A DNA stretch of 63,341 nt, counting the filler, from Octopus bimaculoides (Eukaryota), in NCBI RefSeq assembly GCF_001194135.2. It is 5 parts of 5 records of this genome, joined end to end, with 100 filler letters (N's around TTAATTAATTAA, not from the genome) between each part and the next. Parts side by side here need not be neighbours in the genome. Positions count along the whole stretch, not along the records: positions 32,063 to 48,113 come from NC_068985.1; positions 48,214 to 54,505 come from NC_068987.1; 3 more parts are not named here. One strand, written 5' to 3'. Within the stretch, counting starts at the first letter, position 1. The number at the start of each line of letters is the position of its first letter. A program made the translations under genes and the position numbers. The notes beneath the pieces are model-generated. The model was not told the origin of the DNA. It saw only the letters and a program-made list of their open reading frames with translations, and searched no databases. Shown in pieces: positions 37,466-50,135 of this stretch.

Positions 37466-38179
37466 GGCTGTTTCTCTAGGCTTCGTCAGAGATTTTATAA
37501 AGTACATAAGGTTAAGTTATAAATATAAATACTCACATATATATGCATACTTTTACATATACATACATATTCGTAAATATACATAAATACATATACGTAC
37601 ACTTAAAAGTACATACATAAATGCCTGTATATGCATGCAAATGAATCAATTATTATTATTATTATTATTATTGTTATTATTATCATCATCATTATTATTA
37701 TTATTAGATGCATTATATTATTCATATTATATAAAATGTAATTTTTGTATGAGAAAGTTATAAGAAAGTTATAAGAGGAGTAAAATTGTAATTTATAAAA
37801 ACAACATACCTTAAAATTTTAGTTATGTAAGAATGAAACTGTGTATACATGAGGAACACACACACACATATATATNNNNNNNNNNNNNNNNNNNNNNNNN
37901 NNNNNNNNNNNNNNNNNNNNNNNNNNNNNNNNNNNNNNNNNNNNNNNNNNNNNNNNNNNNNNNNNNNNNNNNNNNCATACATACATACACATATATATAC
38001 ATATACATTTCCGTACAAACATGTTCATAGGTACATACATATTAGATGTGTTTAGAATGGAGGATTGATGCAGTAGTTCGTATCATTATAATTTTAACAA
38101 TAATACACAAACTTATATATATTTTTGCATATAAACATGTGATATGTTTATTTCTCCGTTATTATTTTCTTAATGGAGT

Positions 38180-38610
38180 AGTTGAAATCCAGCTGGTAGT
38201 GGGGAGGGGTTAATTTTGTTCAGTCACGTAATCTAATTGGTCATCTATTGTTTTGAAATGCCTTGACATTGTTATCACAAAGACAGCATTTTCCACTGCC
38301 GTTGGTGTAAGGTTTACACTTGGCTAAGATCTTCCAATGAATGTTATAGTTGACACCATTTTCTTTTAAGGACCATATGTAACTGGATAATGTGGTTGTT
38401 TTTCTTTTTTTCCCAGTGTCTGAAGCTCAATGTGTGATTGTTGAACCTGGCTTTGAAATTCCCCTCTTTGAGACCCATATATTTCTTTGACGAAACTATG
38501 TCCTTAGTGGTTGTAGAGTCGACGGTAGCTTCATAAATGAGGGTCTCGAACATGCAAGCTCCATTTAGCAGGCACAAATTTTTATCCCTGCATGAACAGC
38601 TGGTTTCATT
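38180..38610 (-). mobile_element. Penelope-like GIY-YIG endonuclease fragment of a second lineage
   Basis: CSCRDKNLCLLNGAC...LIYEATV...YMGLKEGNFKARFNNHTLSF, then IHWKILAKCKPY. Confidence 0.8.
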
Positions 38611-39211
38611 TTGTTGTTTTGTGTGTTGTGCGCAATTATATTTTTAAAATTAGTAGTTGAGCTAAAACTAATTTTTAGGTTATGCCTATTGAAAAGCTTT
38701 CTATAATTATGATTGATTGGAAAATGCTTATCTATAATTGATAAAAAAAATATTTATGTATATTAAAGGTCACTTCGGGGGAGTAAGGGGGTGTGAACCA
38801 GATAGTTTTCCTATTCTTATTTTTCCTCTTCTTTATTACTGGACCGGTAACACGTGTACGGGTTATTTCCTTGCTAATTCCACTATCTTTAAGAACTTTA
38901 TAATATATTCGGGCACACTATTAAAAATGTTTCTATCGGAGGAGAGGCTAGAAATTCTCTTGCTAATGTTTTTAACAAAATTCTTAACTCTATGGTGGGT
39001 TGGCAGGAACCTACATTAATATAACTAAGTGTATCGTTGGGCTTCCTGTAAGGTTTGTAAATATTCTTGTCAAGTTCAAATCACACCAAGATTAATTTTG
39101 CCTTCCCTCTCACTGGAATAGAATGTGTGTATGGGTATATATACGTGTGTGTGTGTGCGTGTGTGCGGGTATGTATATATATGTATATTTACATATGTAT
39201 GGATGCATATA

Positions 39212-39254
<43 letters not shown>

Positions 39255-39904
39255 NNNNNNNNNNNNNNNNNNNNNNNNNNNNNNNNNNNNNNNNNNNNNN
39301 NNNNNNNNNNNNNNNNNNNNNNNNNNNNNNNNNNNNNNNNNNNNNNNNNNNNNNNNNNNNNNNNNNNNNNNNNNNNNNNNNNNNNNNNNNNNNNNNNNNN
39401 NNNNNNNNNNNNNNNNNNNNNNNNNNNNNNNNNNNNNNNNNNNNNNNNNNNNNNNNNNNNNNNNNNNNNNNNNNNNNNNNNNNNNNNNNNNNNNNNNNNN
39501 NNNNNNNNNNNNNNNNNNNNNNNNNNNNNNNNNNNNNNNNNNNNNNNNNNNNNNNNNNNNNNNNNNNNNNNNNNNNNNNNNNNNNNNNNNNNNNNNNNNN
39601 NNNNNNNNNNNNNNNNNNNNNNNNNNNNNNNNNNNNNNNNNNNNNNNNNNNNNNNNNNNNNNNNNNNNNNNNNNNNNNNNNNNNNNNNNNNNNNNNNNNN
39701 NNNNNNNNNNNNNNNNNNNNNNNNNNNNNNNNNNNNNNNNNNNNNNNNNNNNNNNNNNNNNNNNNNNNNNNNNNNNNNNNNNNNNNNNNNNNNNNNNNNN
39801 NNNNNNNNNNNNNNNNNNNNNNNNNNNNNNNNNNNNNNNNNNNNNNNNNNNNNNNNNNNNNNNNNNNNNNNNNNNNNNNNNNNNATATATATATATATAT
39901 ATAC

Positions 39905-40518
39905 ATATCGGAGTAATGGCGCTAAGGAGCGATTACGTATAATCACAATTTAGGTTAGTTGAAATATGTTTGTCATATATTTCAACTGCTAAAGGCAAAT
40001 ACACTGCAGTAACCGTGGAGAAAAATTACCCTTATGGTAAAAAGATGTGAAAACACCCCTCTTGTCAATGAGATGTACCTAAGAGAGGCAACTCTCAACG
40101 AAGTGAATAAAGCTTATAGCTTTATATATATTTCAGTCAACACATTGACTGATTTGCGCTAGTAGATCGCCCGATCGAGAAAAATATTGGATTAATGACG
40201 CTAAGCAGTCAATAAACTCGAAACATCGATGTCTGAGATTCCCGAGAGAAGCGACACTTTTTTTTTTTTACCAAAAAAGAGGATTTTTCTCCATACTAAC
40301 TGCAGCGTATTTATCTTTAGCAGTTGAAATATGTGACAAACATATTTCAACTATCCTAAATTGTGATTATATATAAACACTGCTTAGCGCCATTACTCTG
40401 ATATTTTTCTCGATCGGGCGATCTACTAGCGCAAATCAGTCAATGTGTTGTCTGAATTATATATAAAAGCTATAAGCTTTATTCAGTCCGTTCAGAGTTG
40501 CATCTCGTAGCTACATCT
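39905..40518. repeat. Nested foldback (inverted-repeat) structure
   Basis: 39905-40025 is inverted at 40284-40404; 40071-40187 is inverted at 40401-40518; internal hairpin AGTTGAAATAT...ATATTTCAACT. Confidence 0.85.
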
Positions 40519-43150
40519 TCTGTTGGCTGCTGCTTGTTTATGAGTTCTATCTGTTATTATCTAATGTTTCTTTGTTATTGCACGGTTTGTTGTACCTGTT
40601 GAAATTTGAACTGCTGCTAATCTGTGAAGTGTCATTTTCGCCCTGCGGGGCAGAATATTGCGAAATTTTTGTCGGAAACAATTGCTATTGTACCTTTTGT
40701 GATTTGAGCTCTTTGATTTTTTTTACCCTTTGCAAAAACCCAGCATTTTGACCGCCTACGGCGGTTATATGATAACACTAGATGTGACGATGGCTGAATT
40801 ATTTAAATATAGGCATCTAGTAAAAAAGAACAGAAATTATACGAAGTTGCTTCCTCCGCAGGAAATTGTACAAAATATAGCTGTGAGAACAGTGGTATAC
40901 AAAACGTATAACCTAAAAGAAAACAGAATTGTAGCTTGTAAAAGTGAAATAATTGAAAGGTGTCTGGCACCTATATGGAATAAAATTGTGTACGTTGGAC
41001 GTGGTAGAAGAAATGTCACCGTAGAAGCACAATTTGCTAATGAGAACACGGCTAGTAAGTTATCAACAAGGACATTAAAAAATGAGGAAATAATTTTTCT
41101 ACTAACCTATTTGGGTAGAAGAACGGCGAAAATTACCGTTGAAGAATTACCAGCAGGATACGACATAATTTGGATAGCATCAGCCATAACTTATGATATG
41201 GTGGAAAAAAATGTTTATTTTACAGATGATGAAGAAAGAGGCCGAAAATTGGAAGGGACAGGCTCTTAAGATCGTGATTCAAGCCACTCAAGAAGTACTA
41301 GAAGGGTTGCCCGATAGGATATTTATAGGGGAGGGAATGAGTGTGAGAGTTGCAGTAGCAGGGCGTAGTCCACGCTGCTTTAAGTGCGGCGAAAAGGGCC
41401 ACCTCCGCTCTGAATGCAAGCCTAAAAAAAAGCGTGAAGCCCCTTCCCAAAAAGAACCGCTAGAGACGGGAGAAAAAGAGAAACAAGAACCGAAAAGACA
41501 AGAAAAAACGCTGTGTGAATGGTGACCAGGTGTGGAATTCACTTGCAGAGAAATTCTTTCTGCGACTGGCCTCCTTGGAGGAACGCAAACCTGACTTCTT
41601 TAAAAGACGTAACACGATTGAATGACAAAAGGAGTGCCGACAGACACTCGTGCTAATCCATAAGACGGGCAAGGCCGACAGCGGAAATACCATCTTGGTA
41701 TTCTATAAAGGGCTGGTAGAGTTTAAGAGGGACGACTTGGTGGCCCTAACCAGAATTTACACAACCAACAATGATGGAATGAACCCAAAACAACAACAAC
41801 ACACCATAAAGTTTTGTTAAAATATTATTAACAAATTTAAACTATGTATAATTTAGAAATTGGGATTCATAAATTTGGTTTCATAAACTTGACTTCATAA
41901 ATTTGGATTCGTAAATTTTGTTCATAAATTTTGTTTCATAAATTAGGTTTTCGAAATTTGAACCCAGATTTGACACAGAAATTATTTAAATCTGACAAGC
42001 AAAAGACCTGGTGGACATAACCCGAATCTACACAACCAATAATGATGGGGTGAACCCGAAACAACAACACACCATGAAGTTTTAAAAATATTATTAGTAA
42101 TTAAGCGTCAGCATACACAAATAACCTACATATAACCAAATATATGGAGCAAATAAACTAATGTTACACTAGACGTGCAGTCAAGATATTTACAAAAGTA
42201 AAATATAAGCAGTTTAGAAATTTGGATTCATAAATTTGGTTTCATAAATTTGATTTCATAAACTTGATTTCATAAATTTGGATTCGTAAATTTGGTTTCA
42301 TTGGATCCATAAATTTCGCTTCATTGGATTCATAAATTTGGATTCATAAATTTGGTTTCATAAATTTGGTTTCATAAATTTGGATTCCGAAATTTGGTTT
42401 CATAAATTTGGATTCCGAAATTTGGACAGCGAAATTTGGTTTCATAAATTTGTTACAACCTGGTGGCCATAACCCGAATTTGCATAACCAACAATGATGG
42501 GGTGAACCCAAAACAACAACACCCCTGAAGATTTTTTTAAATATTATTAACAAAAGTGAAATATATACAGTTTAGAAATTTGGAGTCAGAAATTTGGTTT
42601 CATAAACTTGATTTCATAAATTTAGATTCGTAAATTTGGTTTAATAAATTTGGTTTCAAAAATATGGTTTCATAAATTTAGATTCCGAAATTTGGTTTCA
42701 CAAATTTGTTTTTTTATAAATTTGGTTTTATAAATTTGGATTCTGAAATTTGTTGCAGTATTGAAAGAGTGTATGTGAAAAACTAGAATGAAAGGGGTCG
42801 CGACGGGAATTTTCATCTCAGGCCCTGGTTTGCTATATTACTTCAGACATCATCTGAAGAGTCAGATAGGGCTGGAGAGGAGACACCTGTCGCGAAGTAT
42901 ATTCTGGAAAAGCTGAAAAGATGTGGCAAGGACGTTGGGTATGAATGACCCTACTTAATCTCATCCATGGTAGAAAAGTATGGTGTAGCCGTTGGGCTTC
43001 TCGGCCAAGCGTAAACATATAAAACTTGTAAATATTTTAAATATAACATTCATCATCATATTTTTAAAATCACTTTAAAAAGAATTCATAAACGCACTAT
43101 TTGTTTGTAATGTCCTGTATGTATCATATATAATTATCGAAATAAAGAAT
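40519..43150 (+). mobile_element. L1/Tx1-like LINE copy 1, internally deleted
   Basis: ORF1 (40730-41525) with knuckle CFKCGEKGHLRSEC is fused at ~41520 to ORF2 sequence matching 47340-47560. The extreme 3' end (42755-43150; its start matches 48025-48113) ends with AATAAA at 43141. Confidence 0.85.
41746..42755. repeat. Satellite block: 14-bp AAATTTGG(A/T)TTC(AT/GT/CG) subrepeats within three larger units
   Basis: Each unit starts near (C)ATAACCCGAAT.T.CA.AACCAA.AATGATGGGGTGAACCC and carries a variable number of 14-mers; units begin at ~41750, ~42017 and ~42467. Confidence 0.9.
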
Positions 43151-43168
43151 TATCTCTTAGCTACATCT

Positions 43169-46100
43169 CCTGCTGGCTGCTGCTTGTTTGTGAGTTCTAT
43201 CTGTTATTATCTAATGTTTCTTTGTTTATGCACTGTTTGTTGTCCCTCTTGAAATTTGAACTGGTGTTAATCTGTGAAGTGTCATTTTCGCCCTGTGGAG
43301 CAGAACATTGTGAAGTTTCTGTTGGAAACAACTTCTACTGGACTTTTTGCGATTTCAACACTTTGATTTTTTACCCTTTGCAGGGTTAAAAAAGATTATT
43401 TTTACTAATAATTTTGGCATAAAGTATTGCTTGTCAAAATATTTTTTTGAATTCCTTTTGAAGGAATTAATTTTTCTGTAAAATTACATTATGGAATTCA
43501 ACGTAATATCTAAGGAAGTTTTCCCACGGATGGAGAAGGTACCAAAGAAACGATGATGCAAAACAAGTGTTTCAGGAAAAACCCAGTTTTTCGGCCGCCG
43601 TAGGCGGTTATATGATAACGCTAGGAGTGACGATGGCTGAATTGTTTAAGTACAGAAATCTCGTAAAAAAGAACGGAAATGGTACGAAGTTGCTCCCTCC
43701 GCATGAAATTGTACGTAACATAGCTCCGAGAACGGTGGTTTATAAAACGTATAACCTAAAAGTAAAAGAATTGTATCTTGTAAAAGTGAAATAATTGAAA
43801 GGTGTCTGGCACTTATTTGGAATTGAATTGTATACGTTGGACTTGGTAGAAGAAATGCTACGGTAGAAGCACAGTTTGCTAACGAGAACACGGCGGAAGA
43901 GTTATCAACAAGAACACTAAAAAATGAGGAAATAATTTTACTATCAACGTATTTGGGTAGAAGAACAGCAAAAATGCCTATTTTACAGATGAAAAAGAAA
44001 GAGGCTGAGAATTGGAAAGGGCAGACCCTTGAGGTCGTGGTCCAAGCCACCCAAGAAGTAATAGATGGGCTGCCTGATAGGATATTTATAGGGAAGGGAA
44101 TGAGTGTGAGAGTTGCAGTAGCGGGGCGTAGTCCACGCTGCTTTAAGTGCGACGAAAAGGGCCACGTCCGCTCTGAGAGCAAGCCTAAAGAAAAAAGAGT
44201 GAAGCCCCTTCTCAAAAGGAACCGCTAGAGACGGCGGGGGAGAGAAACAAGAACTGAAAAGACAAGAAAAGACACAAGAGAAAACGCAAGAAAAAGTACA
44301 AGTAAAAATACAAGAAAAACATAAGATACAACTCCAAACACAGAAGAAGAAATGGAATTTACCGTGGTTAAAACCTAAAAGAGGAAAAAGTCCCTAGCCC
44401 TGACCCCCCCTCCCCATACAAAGAAAACAAATAAACCAATGACAGACACACGAAAAAACCCCCAACACCATCCTCTTGTTGAAACCCATTACCANNNNNN
44501 NNNNNNNNNNNNNNNNNNNNNNNNNNNNNNNNNNNNNNNNNNNNNNNNNNNNNNNNNNNNNNNNNNNNNNNNNNNNNNNNNNNNNNNNNNNNNNNNNNNN
44601 NNNNNNNNNNNNNNNNNNNNNNNNNNNNNNNNNNNNNNNNNNNNNNNNNNNNNNNNNNNNNNNNNNNGCCGGTAGAAACTTTATGGTCAGTCCAGCGGCT
44701 ACACCACAAAAGAAAAAGGAAGGGGAGGAAGCTGAATTCTTGCAGCCCCTCTCCAAACTTAAGATGTAATTATACTTTACTGTGGAAATTAAGTTAGGGT
44801 GTGTAAATGCGCGTGGCTTGGGGTCGAAATGGAAATAAACTTGTCTCCTGGACGACATTAGGTCACTAGATATAGATATTTGTGTTGTGACTAAGACCAA
44901 GCTGAACGGGCTGCAAGCGTTCTCGCCTCTTGTAAATGGCTACGAAAAATTTATTTCTCCTAGTCGGCGGGGAGGCGGTGGCGTAGTGGTCTTATTAAGG
45001 AAAAACTTGGACGTGCAGGTAAGTACAGTCTTTCTGGACCCAGAAGGTAGGCCGGTCATTTTGGATGTGACACACGTAAGTAAACGGTCCTTCAGGTTGG
45101 TAGCTGTCTACGCACCTAATGAGTGTAGACAAGATGGGTTTTTTCGGGACCTGGAGAATTTCTTAGTGGCATCAAAAGCTCTAGTTGTACTAAGAGACTT
45201 TAACACTATTATCAGCGCACGAGTGGATAGTGTTGGCTCGACCAATAGAAGGAAAAATTCTGGCCTCAAAAGGCTACTAGAAAGTTATAATCTAGTAGAC
45301 CGATACAGGCTAGATGAACTACTCGTTCCACAGTGAACGTAGACTAATTACGACGGTTCACTTAGATTTTATTTAGATATGATATTCGTTAGAGATAGAG
45401 ATTGGAATACGTTTAGCTGTCCATGCATTTTTTGTGTCCCTAACGCGGATCACAAGTGTGTGACGTGTGAGGTGTACCTAGATAAGTGTCATAGGCAGGG
45501 ACCAGGGTACTGGAAGATGAGGAAGTCTATTTTGACTTGTAAAACCTTCTGTGCCCGGGTTAAGGATTTAGTGCAGAGGGCATTAACCGATGCCATTATT
45601 AATAATAGGTGGTAGTATGCCCTCAAGCTAGCCATTCGTTCTGAGTCTATTAGATTTAGTAAACAGTTAAGTCTAGATAAGACTAGAATAGACGGGACCT
45701 TAATTAAAGAATTATATGAGGCCATGAAATCTGGCTTTCCATCCAGAGTAAGGCGGCGAAAGCGGTTTTTTCCCGTCATCTCAAAGCCAAACACGAAGGG
45801 TGTAGAGTCAGAGCTAAACTTCGTGCGGTAGGGAGAAAAAGTATTAACGTTGTCGGATGGGCACGTCGTGTGGAAAGTCGGAGAGGCAGAGAAGCCTCTA
45901 TCAAGTCTTTAATGGATGAACATAGGCATACAATTGAAGGACAGGAAGAGATGCGAAANNNNNNNNNNNNNNNNNNNNNNNNNNNNNNNNNNNNNNNNNN
46001 NNNNNNNNNNNNNNNNNNNNNNNNNNNNNNNNNNNNNNNNNNNNNNNNNNNNNNNNNNNNNNNNNNNNNNNNNNNNNNNNNNNNNNNNNNNNNNNNNNNN

Positions 46101-48113
46101 NNNNNNNNNNNNNNNNNNNNNNNNNNNNNNNNNNNNNNNNNNNNNNNNNNNNNNNNNNNNNNNNNNNNNNNNNNNNNNNNNNNNNNNNNNNNNNNNNNNN
46201 NNNNNNNNNNNNNNNNNNNNNNNNNNNNNNNNNNNNNNNNNNNNNNNNNNNNGGCTGGTTGGTCTGCCTTATGAATTTTATTGTAGCATGCCGGACTTGT
46301 TCGGACATGTGTTGGTCTGCGTCTACACAAACTGGCAGCAGAATGGGAGGATTCTCAGCCCTGTGAGTCGGAGTGTGGTGACGCTAATCAGAAAAGACAT
46401 GAGCAAGGGGGACCATATTGATAATTTTAGGGCCATAATTCTACTTAATGTAGAGTTAAAGATTTTGGCTAAGGTGCTAGCTAAGAGGTTGGCGCGTGCC
46501 GCGGAGAAACTTGTTGGGAGGGTGCAGATATGCGCCACCCCAGACAGGTCAATCCAATACAATCTCTATCTGCAGCGCTATACCTTAGAGAGGGTGGATA
46601 ACTAATCCGGTGTAGGTGGGACACTGGTCTATTTAGACCAGAGTAAAACTTTTGATAGGGTAGACCACCAATACTTGGCGCGGTCCTCGAGGCGGCTGGG
46701 CTACGCCCGGACCTCCGTGGTTGGATCATTGCCATTTATGGCGGCATCAAATCCACAGTCCAGATAAACGGTTACCTGTCGGTGCCTCTGTATGTACTGG
46801 CTCGTGAGACATTGCTGCGGAAGTTGGAAAGTTTCGGGGGTATCCCCAATGATTTGGGTTGTGGTTAGTCTGTTTCTGCATGTACGGATGAAGCTTAGCT
46901 ACCTTGTGTAAAGGATGCAATCAGGGACAAAAATTAACAAGGCTAAGTCCATCGGCTTGCGGCTCGGCATCTGGAGTGGCAAGACGATAACGTTCAGTGT
47001 CTTGGGGCACTGAACGGAAGGTCCTGTTAAGCTGCAAATAAGGTGGAGACCCTAACCCGGACGAGGTCTGGAAGGGCGCTATACCTGAAAGGGAGGGCGG
47101 AGGTGATGCAGGTGTATATTGCATTTGTTATCACCTACCGTCTGACCGTTGTCCCTTGCCCTGATTCGTGGCTAAGCAAGTTGGGACGCCTACTCTTCCG
47201 CTTTGTGGAGGGGAAGAAAACCGCTTGTGAGGCGCTCTGTTTGCTGCCAAGAACCGCTAAAAGGTGGGTTAGGGATGCCGTTGCTAATGATGTACAGGCA
47301 TGCGCTGATGTTAAGGCACCTCTGGCTCTATCTGGAGGGAGACCAGGTGTGGAATTCTCAGGCGGAGGAATTCTTTCCACGACTGGCCCCCTTGGAGGAA
47401 CTCAAACCCAACTTCATTAAAGGACGTAACACTACTTAGTAGTAAAAGGAGTGCCGACAGACACTCGTGCTAATCCATAAGGCGGACAAGGCCGGCAGAG
47501 GGAATACCAGCTCGATATTCTAACAGGGCTGGCAGAGTTCAAAAAGGATGACGTCCTATGAGAAACTTTGGAGCTCGATGAGGGCCAGCTAGCCAGCCTG
47601 TTTCAAAGAACTTTCGGGCCGGTGTATCTGGATAACTACCAGAAATCCCTGACCCGGCAGTGCTATAGGCATACGTTACCTGTTCGCAACAAATTGTCTA
47701 TTCATGGGATGTCTGTGCCACCGGCATGCCCAAGGTGCAGGTAGGACGATGAAACCGTTCTGCACGCTCTTGTTAAAGTGCCCGGAGCTTTCGGGCTTGA
47801 TAATTTACGTAGAACATGTGCTGTCGCATCAAGGAAGAGTACAGCATCTAGGAAGAGTACAGCATCTAGGAAGAGTACAGCATCTAGGAAGAGTACAGCA
47901 TCTAGGAAGAGTACATCATCTAGGAAGAGTACAGCATCTAGGAAGAGGACAGCTTAGTCTATGATCAAGATTGTACCGCTACTCGGACAGTCAAAGGAAG
48001 GCGAGGCATGTTTTTCATGCACAGTCGCAGTATTGAAAGAGTGTATATGGAAAACTAGAATAAAAGGAGTCGCGACGGTAATTTTCATCTCCAGCCCTGG
48101 TTTGCTATATTAC
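43169..48113 (+). mobile_element. L1/Tx1-like LINE copy 2, near full length, decayed
   Basis: ORF1 43500-44770, homologous to copy 1. ORF2 APE (GCVNARGLG, TVFLDPEGR, LVAVYAPN, LRDFN), RT (VVTLIRK...NFRAIILLNVELKILAKVLAKRL, LDQSKTFDRV) and C-terminal CPRC..DETVLHAL. Cut by the linker at 48114. Confidence 0.92.
47832..47953 (+). repeat. 18-bp tandem repeat (AGGAAGAGTACAGCATCT)x6+ inside LINE ORF2
   Basis: Six near-perfect in-frame copies encoding (GRVQHL)n. Confidence 0.95.
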
Positions 48114-48213
48114 NNNNNNNNNNNNNNNNNNNNNNNNNNNNNNNNNNNNNNNNNNNNTTAATTAATTAANNNNNNNNNNNNNNNNNNNNNNNNNNNNNNN
48201 NNNNNNNNNNNNN
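48114..48213. other. Synthetic scaffold linker
   Basis: 44 N + TTAATTAATTAA + 44 N. Confidence 0.95.
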
Positions 48214-48244
<31 letters not shown>

Positions 48245-48417
48245 TATATGTATGTATATATATATATGTATATATATGGATCGATGTATAGATAAACATA
48301 CAAACACGCAGATAGAAATACAAATAGATAGATAGATAAATAGATAGATAAGTATATAGATAGACAGACAGACAGACAGACAGGCAGACAGACAGACAGA
48401 CAGATAGACAGACAGTC

Positions 48418-48482
<65 letters not shown>

Positions 48483-48490
48483 GACGGACA
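48214..48490. repeat. Compound (TA)n/(GATA)n/(GACA)n microsatellite
   Basis: Directly visible. Confidence 0.95.
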
Positions 48491-50094
48491 GAAAGATGAC
48501 GCCGCAGGATTAATCGTTTAAATATCATTACAATTTCAACACCGTATAACGATATTCCTTTATCTCGCATTGACAGCAATGCAAAGTACTTGGCGGACAC
48601 GATTCGCAAAGCAAGAAAATAAATTGAGGAAAGACTATGACAGAATATGTAGTTGGAAGGAACTGAGTTTTGATAGAAATGGGGACAGATATCACACCAA
48701 ACATGGCAAGATATATACCTAAAAAAAGGATGTCTTTCGATTTGGAGTTGAAATTGAGACCCACTGTAGAAAATAGCGATTATGTGAATAATGATGCTCT
48801 CTTTGGTCTTGAGATGAATATTACCGATTTAAATTACAACTGATAAAGAACAGACTGGCGAGTTCAATGATCAGTTCAATACAATAATTGTCGAGAAAAC
48901 CACCAAGTGAAAGCCTTGTAGTAGGAAACAGTAGATAAGAGTAGCAGGGCTTCAAAGAAAGAGGGAGACAACGGGTGATATCAGAGATATTCAAAATAAT
49001 GAAGAAGGATAGATAGACAGATATAGAGATTAATAGATTAATAGGTAGATAAAGATATAGATAGACAGAAAGACAAATGGTCACACGATAAAGCAACATT
49101 AGGTAGTTGGTGCACAAAACGTGCTCGTTGGGTTTCGATAGATGATATTTAAAAAAAGTTGACGTACAGGGACGTCGAAAACGAGAAAACGTATAAATGA
49201 ACACAAATGTTATTTAGATCATCAGTTGTCGTCAAATATATACAAAATTCAATATCTTTCGACAATGTGGTTCAATTTGGTGCTACAATAAATTATGGTG
49301 GAGTATGAAACACGGCAGATGACAAAAACGGTGGAAGAAAAAAAATCTGAAAACCGAACTGTAAATATAGTAATTTTAGGAAGAAAATAGAAACGATATC
49401 AAACAGAACAATATATGTACAGAGAAATAGTTTCGACTTGTCGACGTAATAAAGATAAACTGAGAAAAGTAACACTTAGATGATAGATTTTTTTTCGCTA
49501 CAAGAAAACAGTTCAAAAGGTTCAGAGTTTACACAAGAAAGTCACCGACCAACTCAACGGCATTAAAGAAAAAAAATGAGAGGTATGAAAAATATTATAA
49601 TGATAGAATTCAATGTACAACTCTCTATAAAAGCTGTCACATACTAAATTGAAAGATGACTCATTTGTGCACGGAAAACTTAGGCAATTTAGGATATTTG
49701 CTAAGTAGCGTTCATTGCTGCGTATGTATATACGACACCAGCACACAAAGTCCGAAGTAACTGTTAACATTTCGTTTTTAAAAATCTATATACTTACACA
49801 AATACACACACAGACACACACACACACATACACATACATACACACACTCACACACGTATGTGTATATGTGGAGTACAAACGCATATATACACACACACAC
49901 AAATACGTATGTGTATATGTGTGTATGTGTGCGTGTGAGTGAGTGAGTGTGTTTGCGTTTGTACCGCACCACGTAGGTTTGCTACGACCTGTAGTGTTTT
50001 GATGGCAAAATAGACTGCTAAGATAAGCTTAGAACAAAAGTACTGGGCTTCGATTTGTTCGACTAATGAATTAAAACACACAAAAACGCATACT

Positions 50095-50131
<37 letters not shown>

Positions 50132-50135
50132 AAGC

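Noticed and set aside
37450-37495. CTGACGA AGCCTAGA GAAAC on the minus strand as a hammerhead
   Set aside because: Stem II is incomplete, stem I cannot pair, and the downstream half belongs to the Tc1 TIR.
41746-42755. CRISPR-like array (also the 16-bp and 18-bp arrays)
   Set aside because: The repeats are contiguous with no unique spacers, there are no cas genes, and the context is eukaryotic.
43383-43577. The ~190 bp missing from LINE copy 1 as a spliced intron
   Set aside because: It ends near TTTCAG, but GT-AG splicing would not give the copy 1 junction and it removes the ORF1 start; a plain deletion fits better.
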